From Chthoniobacterales bacterium (GTDB lineage: Bacteria; Verrucomicrobiota; Verrucomicrobiia; Chthoniobacterales; Chthoniobacteraceae): a DNA stretch of 64,000 nucleotides. Of this stretch, positions 57,601 through 64,000 are shown piece by piece. The position numbers were made by a program, and so were the translations under genes. The number at the start of each line of letters is the position of its first letter. The first letter of the stretch is position 1. The stretch spans positions 224,001 through 288,000 of the forward strand of contig JBBQZX010000002.1 of NCBI GenBank assembly GCA_038207335.1, in the 5' to 3' direction. A model generated the notes under the pieces. That model was not told the origin of the DNA and searched no databases. It saw nothing but the letters and a program-made list of their open reading frames with translations.

Positions 57601-59570
57601 GTCCTGCCAGTGAGATCATTTTTCTCGGCATCCTGCGTCATGAAGACGATGACCTGCCGCCCTTGGTAAGTCGCAGAAACTGCAAGCTCCATGACTCCGT
57701 CGCCATCAAAATCACCCGCGGCGATGTCGCTGATCGCCACCGGTCCGGCAGCGTAGAGGTAATCCTGAACCGGGAAAGGAAGCGGTTTCGAGCCGTTGTA
57801 GGGCTTCGGGTCGATCACCGTATCCGTGTCGAAGCCGTTCAGTTGCGGCAACGGGCTGAAGCGGACGTCGTAGAAGCCAAGGAAGTCGTTGATGCCGTCG
57901 GCGTTGAGATCCTCGGAACTGTCGAGGACGCCATCGTTGTTCAAATCCTCGTATTTCGCCAAAAAGACCGCGATACCCGACCGATTGCTCGCGTCGATGG
58001 AACCGACTGCAATGTCGAGGTGCCCGTCGCCATTGAGATCGGCGACAGTGATCGACTCGGCATTGCGCACGCCGGAGAGATAGATGCGGTTCTTGTTAAA
58101 AGCGCGTTGGTCGGCAGCAGCATTGGGGTCGTAGCCGATGGCGTTCGGATCGGTCTTGGCGGCACCGAAGACAACGACGAGCTGCGAGTTATCGACCGTG
58201 GAGTAAACGAAATCGCCATAGACATCGTTATTGAAATCGACGGCTTGGTGCGTGCCGATTTGGCCGACGTTGTTGATAGGATCGGCTGGATCGTAGGTGG
58301 ACTGGTGATACGTGCCGAAGCCCGCACCAGCGTTGTAATCGGTGACTTTCTGCGTGAAGACACCAGTGAGCAGGCTCGCGCCCGCACCGCCGGAGGTGAA
58401 GCCGGAACCGCCATCGCCGAGATTGATGCTGACGAAGCCGAGAATGTTGACGGTTTCGAATTTGAAGTCGCCCGCATCGCCGCCTGCGCCCGTGGTGCCG
58501 GTGCCGCCGGAGCCGCTCTGGATGAGCACTTTGCTCGTGTGGGAGCCAAGATCGCTGAAGCCGGTGATGGATCCACCGTGTCCACCCGTCGGCCCTTTAC
58601 CTCCGTTGCCGGCGATCACCTCGTAGCCACCGCTGTCGTCCGCGTTGAGCTCCGTGCCGATCACGTTTCCACCGTCGCCGCCGATGCCGCCGTCGCCCGC
58701 GATGATCGAGTTGAAGTTGAATACAGTCGTGGCATTCGCCGAGCGTACGAAAGCAACGTCCGCACCGTGCTGTCCCGGCTGAGGGATGAATTTCAGGAGC
58801 GTGCCGGCGATGTCGTCATTGCGCGAGATGCCGTAGCTGAGCCACTGACCGGAGACTGCGGTGCCGACTTTGATCGAGCCGATGGTGGGATGCACCTCGG
58901 ACGCGCCGAGCAGGACGCCGGGATAAGTGGTCGCGCCTGTGGAATCGATGATGAGCCCGCTGGTCGGATCGGTCGCGAGACCAAAGCCTTTGCCGGCGTA
59001 GATATTCCCAAAAATCGAGAAGCTCGTCGGAGCGGCGCGTAGCGCGACGTCCGCGTCGTCCACAATGCCGTCATTGTTTTGATCAGGAATATCGGCGGTG
59101 GTGAGCGTCCGAAGCTCGATCTTCTCAATCGTCTTGTTCAGGATGACGAGACCGTCGCCCTTGAGCGAAGTGGAGTTGTTGATTCCGTTGTTGTCGGAAT
59201 CGCTGAGCGTCAGCACCGGCCCGAACGAAGCATTTGCCTCGCGCAGATTCGTGGCGATGTCGCCGTGGACATCCGAGAAAAGGATGATGCGCGTTCCATC
59301 TCCGGCGGCGATGCCAGTGATCTCGTTTTCGTCGAGCGACCCGTTGTTATTAAGATCGGTGGTGAAAACGAGGATGTTACCTTTTTCGACGAAAAGGAGG
59401 TAGGCACCGGCTTTGTCGCCAGCGGTACCGAGACCTTCACCTGCGTGAAGCTCAAAGACGTCGCCGGCCTGGCCGGTCTTCCAGATTGCCGACGCGACGG
59501 GGCTGACCGCCGCGGGGGCGATGCGAGCTTCGAGGGGTTCGGGGCAGCCGAATGAGGATGTATGGCGCAT
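54669..59570 (-). CDS. Giant Gly-rich extracellular protein with LEPR-like leader and FG-GAP/VCBS repeats
   Basis: EPLEARIAPA leader; many AGxGG..GGxGG repeats; ADLNGDGHLDIAV, GDFDGDGVMELAV, DYNSDGAADVI. Confidence 0.85.
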   Translation of the reverse strand: MRHTSSFGCPEPLEARIAPAAVSPVASAIWKTGQAGDVFELHAGEGLGTAGDKAGAYLLFVEKGNILVFTTDLNNNGSLDENEITGIAAGDGTRIILFSDVHGDIATNLREANASFGPVLTLSDSDNNGINNSTSLKGDGLVILNKTIEKIELRTLTTADIPDQNNDGIVDDADVALRAAPTSFSIFGNIYAGKGFGLATDPTSGLIIDSTGATTYPGVLLGASEVHPTIGSIKVGTAVSGQWLSYGISRNDDIAGTLLKFIPQPGQHGADVAFVRSANATTVFNFNSIIAGDGGIGGDGGNVIGTELNADDSGGYEVIAGNGGKGPTGGHGGSITGFSDLGSHTSKVLIQSGSGGTGTTGAGGDAGDFKFETVNILGFVSINLGDGGSGFTSGGAGASLLTGVFTQKVTDYNAGAGFGTYHQSTYDPADPINNVGQIGTHQAVDFNNDVYGDFVYSTVDNSQLVVVFGAAKTDPNAIGYDPNAAADQRAFNKNRIYLSGVRNAESITVADLNGDGHLDIAVGSIDASNRSGIAVFLAKYEDLNNDGVLDSSEDLNADGINDFLGFYDVRFSPLPQLNGFDTDTVIDPKPYNGSKPLPFPVQDYLYAAGPVAISDIAAGDFDGDGVMELAVSATYQGRQVIVFMTQDAEKNDLTGRTSLTGQFYADYGSKRIRTPDGDTAPDPRLPYITAFTSGTPGHAMIEATALTTTSDHDVLLVASRDLGGDGGSYFNVAFTVDYQTRASTFAGGKYVATPPVNTGFFSLGVVDTDRGPGISLEGAFPLDFTILDYNSDGAADVIAITGDTAGFGFYVGSLGDGLGNGIDVSDDVAQNAGNYLGDNFRPNVGASIVSVDADGDGVVNQIAIFGNIFTYSAVTIQFVEGAATPSIYLDEINSLPNIPDPNSPHLSDVWYPDLNDIAKPVIFSGYNNSNIGFNDLISARFGGRGASLSNVQLGYSVLAGDGGNSIVGTGGLGGGLGIGSKLTTFTTVDPLTMVASSSQDLVGSLQFFIDGTIDLVAGKGGDGFAKGGKGGGIIGVVSRGEADVTLRAGDGGRGVSGTGGDGGSLAADSIYGGYSWTAGKGGSGSIGGNGGSIIGNGTNLGAGAYIFDSLIPHQLAANGNNGNKSFTALAGDGGSGTRGGGNGGSISSFRTKIGGITPLLQEVDGTFFRMEAGDGGNAVAGSGGKGGSISNSSPNVGSILTSDIALIAGNGGGGTRGGDGGSISNFLFQPPSTGDNVKPAGFSAVAGHGGSGTSGSGGKGGSVSSVNVPTKGVANAPKLQPYNYNRVLAGNGGSSAGALGGDGGDVFDLITSASDGGYVLIGGAGGDGLTQGGLGGSVRTSTVELRASTLVKLLVVAGDGGDASAFVPNTERDSTGALRDQSPDQGLKSFGGRVGQAGKGGSIVGFNQIGNIQAHVDLIAGNGGSSIHYGTVLDNVVYAGRGGNIANTFITGDVGNIATNVAIKSYNNIFAGETIAAFVENKIRANPAATLKNPGELSDADGNVGVVVGAAGGIKPIYDPVQQKFITQPATFRTRDGNGDLVDLTARNLLSAVAGNVDQIAVIHAARGIKILNGVVGADKPVLGSFDYIAADGVTPVTTPERNGRLVDGALIASAITDLNGNPVTLIGRVFIL

Positions 59571-59593
59571 AAGATTAGAGGGTATTCGGAGGA

Positions 59594-62500
59594 TTAGGGA
59601 AAGACGGTGAAGAGGTTGTCGTGGTCGAAGAGCGAAATGCCGTTGTAGTAGGCCTCTGGCGTGAAGTTGAGGTTCTTCTGGACGAGCACTTTCGCAGCGA
59701 TGAGCCCGTCGATGACGGTATCGCCCGCGTCGATCTGCCCGTTGCTGTTGGCATCGGTCCAGTTGAACTTGTTGCCGTCTTCGCGAGTCGGATCCATCGC
59801 GGCACCGACGAGGTTGCCAACGGCATACCGGGCTGCGATGTAGGCGCGATATTTCGGATCGCCCGTAGTTTCGGTGGTATCGAGGTCGCCTTGGGCAACA
59901 TCAAGGAGATCGGTGACGATCGAGAGTGTGTTGCTCGTATATTGGCCGATGATGATGTTATCGACCTTCTCGACGAGCTGCGGCAGCGCGCCTTTTCCGG
60001 CGACAATCGCCGCGATCGACTGCGCCACGACGCCCGTGACGTTGCCCGCGAGCCCGGCCTTGCCCCGCGCATCCGATGCCGTGCCTCCCGCTCCCGCGAA
60101 GAGTCCGCCCATTGTGGTGTATCCGTAGGCTTGGCCACTGCGGACGCCGACATCGAGATTGGACACCTTGAGATCGTTAATCGTGCCACCGAGCCCTCCC
60201 TTTTTCACTGCCGAGCCGCCGTCGCCCGCGGCGACGCTGCGGAAGATTGTGCCGGCGTCAATATTCTGGAGTGAAACGGCGTTCACCGATCCTCCTTTGC
60301 CGCCATTTTTCGCGACATCGCTGGAACCGCCATCGCCTGCCGTGATCGTGAGAAGCGCGCCGAGATGTCCACCGCGCTCGAGGATAAGCCCGTTGATCGA
60401 GCCTCCCGCTCCGGTCTTATTAACGCCAGGGGTCCCACCACCGTTGCCTGCTGCGATGGTGGTGGTGAACATCGGCGGTATCGCCTGCGTCGTGTCGGTG
60501 CTCGCGACCGCTCCGACCACGTCGAAGATCGAGCCGCCTGAGCCGGCTTTGCTGCCCTCCGCCGAGCCGTTCCCGGCTTGGATCGTGATGTTGCCGATCG
60601 GTGTAGGCGTCAGATCCTCCTCCGCACTGCCGTAGCCGAGATATTTAATCGAACCGCCGCTGCCGCCATGCGTGCCATTGCCGGCATTCACCATGAGGTC
60701 ATTCTTTGCAAAAAGGCCCGATTGCTTGTCCGAAGAGGTGCCTTGGATGTTCCCGCCGTTTCCAGCACCGACGCCGTTCAAGCCGCCATTGCCAGCCTGC
60801 AAAATGCCTGTCCCCACACTGGAAAACCCACCCGAAACGAGGATCGAGCCTCCGGTGCCCGCGGCTTTCAAGTCGCCGCTTCCGCCATCGCCCGCAGTGA
60901 GGCTGACAGAGCCCTTCGCGTTGAGATTCGCCGAGCGAATGTCTCCGCCTTTTCCACCACTGCCCTTTTTCCCGGCACCATCGCCACCGACGCCGGAACG
61001 CAGGGCACCTGTCACAGGCAAACCGTTCACGGAATCGTCGATCGAAACCGCGAGTCCGTCGATCGTCCCGCCGTTGCCGCCTTTGCCGTTCAAAGTCGCG
61101 TTGCCGCCATGGCCCGCTTGAAGGTCAGCGGTCAGATCCTGCGCATCGACGTTCGATTTCGTGACCGCACCGCCATTGCCGCCTCCCTTTTCGCCATTTC
61201 CACCGTCGCCGGCGCGCAGTGTGAAGTCGCCTTGGAAGCTATTGGCACCGGTGCTGTCGAAATCGGAAATCCGCAGCAGATTCACCGTGCCACCGTTGCC
61301 GCCACGCCCGCCCGTGCTGTCGCCACCGTTCGCTTGAGTGCCTTGGTTGACCCGCAGCACCGAGAAGTCACCGTTGACGACAAGAACGTCGTTGATCTGG
61401 CCGCCGTTGCCACCGTTGCCACCCGTTCCGTCGCCGCCGAAGCCGGCGCTGATTTCCGCGTTATGCGCGAGCACCGTCTCGCCTTGCTCGATAGTGATGC
61501 TTTTGAGCGAGCCACCAAGTCCGCCCGTTTTTCCGGGAGAACCGTCGCCACCGATAATCCGGAAATCCGAGCCGAGCACCGTGATGTCCGTGAGATTGCC
61601 GCCGTTACCGCCTTTCGCAAACGTCAGAGCCGCGCCGCCAGCGCCACCTTGCAACAAGAGATCGCTATCCGGTGTGAGAACGTTGTTGCTGATGTCGGCA
61701 TTGGACACCGAGCCGCCATTGCCCGCCTTACCCGATTTAGCAAAGACGTTATTTCCACCTGCTCCGCCGATCACCGCGAACTCATCGCCCGCGATATCGC
61801 CCGTGGAGTAGCGCGCAGTGACGCCGGTAACACTCGCTCCGCTGCCACCGTTTTTCCCGTCCCCACCCGCACCGCCAGCGATCAAATAGTTATCGATCGG
61901 CAATTCATCGCTAAAGAACGGCTTGCCGGAGAGAAGCTGGTATCCGACGAATACATTGCTGATCTTCCCGCCTGCGCCGCCCTTCCCGGAAACCGAACTG
62001 CCGCCATTGCCGGATAGGATCTGCACAAGATCGTTCGGGGTCGGATCGCTCTTCGCGCCAGCGATCAGCACGTTATTGATCGTGCCGCCAGCCCCGCCCG
62101 TGTTATTCGCATTCAGACCGTCTCCACCCCCGCCAGATTTCAAAATGAAACCATCGGAGTCGGAGGTGACCTGAATCTTGTCAAGCGAGCCACCCTTCGC
62201 GTTGTTACCACCGACGCCCGCCTCGATGAGCGAACCGTAGTTGCCAGAAAGAGGATCGGAGTCGTCCACCACGTAGCCCGCGACGCCATTCACGGACACA
62301 TTCGTGATGCTCGGGCCCGTCTTTTTGATCGGCTGCACGACATTCAACACTCCATCGCCACCCGCCACACCAGGGAAGAAATCGATGCGATGCCCGCTCG
62401 CCGCTGTCCCGGTCAGGATCGAACCGACATTGCCATTTACGACGACGTTTTGAATGTTCCCGCCGGAGATGATCGCACGTCCCACGCCGCCGCCGCCGAC

Positions 62501-63076
62501 GACAAGTCCTTTGATTCCCTGCTTCTCCGATACCAAGCCCGACATCGACACCGTGTCGTCCGAGAGGTTTTTCGTTCCGCGCTCGTCGAGATTGCTCACG
62601 ATGTCGCCATCGATGCTCCCTTTCAGGACGACGCTGGCGTTCTTACCGAGCGACAGGCCCGTGAGCTCGTTGAAATCCACCTCATTGTTGAAATTCTTGT
62701 CCACAAAAAAGGCCACCACGTTGCCCTGCTTCACCTCCAGATAATTGCTAATGCCGTCCGCCCCGAAAATCTGGACGACATCGCCCTTGCCCAGCCGCAG
62801 GTAGAATGTATCCGCCGCTTCATTATGTGAAAACGGGCTCTCGCCCGGCCCGGGCGTCGTGGCCGGATTGTCCACCGTATTGCCTGGCCCGACCGCCGCA
62901 GAAATCGGGTCGGATGGATTCGCCTGTGTATCGACAAAAAGATTGTCCGCCGGATTCGCCTCGCGGTAGTTCGTATCGTTTCCCTGAAAATCAGGGATGC
63001 CGACAATGATGACGCGGGCGGGGGCGATGCGCGATTCGAGGGGTTCGATCGTGCCGGAGGAGAATATGCGCTTCAT
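59594..63076 (-). CDS. Giant Gly-rich extracellular protein with LEPR-like leader
   Basis: MKRIFSSGTIEPLESRIAPA; AG(N/D)GG..GGxGG repeats; Ca-loop-like DANSNGQIDAGD. Confidence 0.85.
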   Translation of the reverse strand: MKRIFSSGTIEPLESRIAPARVIIVGIPDFQGNDTNYREANPADNLFVDTQANPSDPISAAVGPGNTVDNPATTPGPGESPFSHNEAADTFYLRLGKGDVVQIFGADGISNYLEVKQGNVVAFFVDKNFNNEVDFNELTGLSLGKNASVVLKGSIDGDIVSNLDERGTKNLSDDTVSMSGLVSEKQGIKGLVVGGGGVGRAIISGGNIQNVVVNGNVGSILTGTAASGHRIDFFPGVAGGDGVLNVVQPIKKTGPSITNVSVNGVAGYVVDDSDPLSGNYGSLIEAGVGGNNAKGGSLDKIQVTSDSDGFILKSGGGGDGLNANNTGGAGGTINNVLIAGAKSDPTPNDLVQILSGNGGSSVSGKGGAGGKISNVFVGYQLLSGKPFFSDELPIDNYLIAGGAGGDGKNGGSGASVTGVTARYSTGDIAGDEFAVIGGAGGNNVFAKSGKAGNGGSVSNADISNNVLTPDSDLLLQGGAGGAALTFAKGGNGGNLTDITVLGSDFRIIGGDGSPGKTGGLGGSLKSITIEQGETVLAHNAEISAGFGGDGTGGNGGNGGQINDVLVVNGDFSVLRVNQGTQANGGDSTGGRGGNGGTVNLLRISDFDSTGANSFQGDFTLRAGDGGNGEKGGGNGGAVTKSNVDAQDLTADLQAGHGGNATLNGKGGNGGTIDGLAVSIDDSVNGLPVTGALRSGVGGDGAGKKGSGGKGGDIRSANLNAKGSVSLTAGDGGSGDLKAAGTGGSILVSGGFSSVGTGILQAGNGGLNGVGAGNGGNIQGTSSDKQSGLFAKNDLMVNAGNGTHGGSGGSIKYLGYGSAEEDLTPTPIGNITIQAGNGSAEGSKAGSGGSIFDVVGAVASTDTTQAIPPMFTTTIAAGNGGGTPGVNKTGAGGSINGLILERGGHLGALLTITAGDGGSSDVAKNGGKGGSVNAVSLQNIDAGTIFRSVAAGDGGSAVKKGGLGGTINDLKVSNLDVGVRSGQAYGYTTMGGLFAGAGGTASDARGKAGLAGNVTGVVAQSIAAIVAGKGALPQLVEKVDNIIIGQYTSNTLSIVTDLLDVAQGDLDTTETTGDPKYRAYIAARYAVGNLVGAAMDPTREDGNKFNWTDANSNGQIDAGDTVIDGLIAAKVLVQKNLNFTPEAYYNGISLFDHDNLFTVFP

Positions 63077-63211
63077 GGTGTGGATGACTGGTAAACTGTG
63101 GGAAAAGGAATTCAACAGAAAAGATAAATTTTTTTATCATTGACCACCGATCACTCGAGGATCGCGGTGATTTTCACAGGAGAGAGTGGCCCGAGGTCGG
63201 TGATAAAGATG

Positions 63212-63254
63212 AAAAAACTCCAGCTCTCCCCGGATTGTGGAGAACTGGAGTTTT
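63212..63254 (-). terminator. Intrinsic terminator after the DUF3467 gene
   Basis: Minus strand AAAACTCCAGTTCTCC...GGAGAGCTGGAGTTTTTT. Confidence 0.7.
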
Positions 63255-63331
63255 CGCATCGAGCCTGCGGACCGGGGGATCGGCAACTGGACTTTGAGCT
63301 GGCCATCAGACGGGCAGCCCGCACTTTTTTC

Positions 63332-63643
63332 TTACGACTGCGGAGCCGGCTGGTTCTTCAGGCGTTTCGTGACATCGAGCTCGATGCTCCCGTAGCGAGC
63401 CTCGTAGTTTTGGATCGTTGCAGTCAGATGGAGGCAGAGACGCTTCGCCGCGTCATGCGAGAGGATCACGCGATTGTCGAGCTTCAGCGGTTCATCGAGG
63501 ATGTTGCCAAAAAAATTGGGATTCAGTCCGAAATCGACGATGACCTCGTTCGGCGTCTGCGCGATCCGGCAGACGTTCGCATAGCTGGTGCGCAGGTTGC
63601 TAACGTCGATTTGGGGGGCGGTGGGTTTAGTTTCTTCGCTCAT
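63332..63643 (-). CDS. DUF3467 family protein
   Basis: LRTSYANVC..TPNEVIVDFG, RVILS..AKRL, YEARYG.I. Confidence 0.8.
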   Translation of the reverse strand: MSEETKPTAPQIDVSNLRTSYANVCRIAQTPNEVIVDFGLNPNFFGNILDEPLKLDNRVILSHDAAKRLCLHLTATIQNYEARYGSIELDVTKRLKNQPAPQS

Positions 63644-63745
63644 GATGGGGTTAAAAAGATTTTCGGAGCGGGAGAACTAACGGAGCCTATGTGCAGTCGC
63701 AAACTTTTTCTGCCTTGAAACGCTCGTCTCCGCTATTCTGCGCCG

Positions 63746-64000
63746 GTGGAGACCACCCCCGCGATGCTTCTGCGGAAAACCAAGCTGACCGAGACAAGCC
63801 TCATCATTACCTGGTTCACCGCCGCACACGGAAAAATCAAGACGGTCGCAAAAGGCGCACGCGCGCCGAAAAGCCGCTTTGCAGGGTCGCTTGATCTCTT
63901 TTTCGACTGCGAAATCGACCTCGTCCGCAGCAAGAAAAGCGAGCTTCACATCCTGCGCGAGGTCGTCGTGAAAAACGCGCACGTCGGCCTCCGCAGCGAG
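63746..64000 (+). CDS. recO: DNA repair protein RecO, N-terminal part (runs off the window; not in the ORF track)
   Basis: METTPAMLLRKTKLTETSLIITWFTAAHGKIKTVAKGARAPKSRFAGSLDLF. Confidence 0.9.
   Translation, partial: METTPAMLLRKTKLTETSLIITWFTAAHGKIKTVAKGARAPKSRFAGSLDLFFDCEIDLVRSKKSELHILREVVVKNAHVGLRSE

Noticed and set aside
63140..63718. 192-aa plus-strand ORF
   Set aside because: Antisense to the DUF3467 gene and spans its terminator

Overview
This is a GC-rich bacterial chromosomal window, most likely Verrucomicrobiota of the Chthoniobacter/Spartobacteria type. That assignment is inferred from PSD/DUF1552 genes, multiple sulfatases, a PEP-CTERM protein and LE(S/A)RIAPA leaders. Housekeeping genes are a partial polyprenyl synthase, radC, lpxA, galE, a heptose-7-P kinase, purS/purQ, rpsA and a partial recO. 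Accessory content includes a sulfatase cluster whose last gene is truncated, two PSD cytochrome-c genes, and a porin-pstSCAB-phoU operon with an 11-bp-periodic GTCAC (PHO-box-like) array, with a GDPD and an S1/P1 nuclease nearby. A DUF262-DUF1524 (GmrSD-like) gene plus a decayed RhuM gene split a PSD/DUF1552 pair. A divergent FecR + OM barrel / CHASE2 kinase + hybrid kinase module is flanked on both sides by remnants of a homologous module. Two giant Gly-rich proteins with a shared LEPR-like leader lie downstream of a DUF3467 gene, a candidate uncharacterised export system. No rRNA, tRNA, CRISPR array or intact transposase/integrase was seen. All family calls come from motif recognition by eye, not from database searches.
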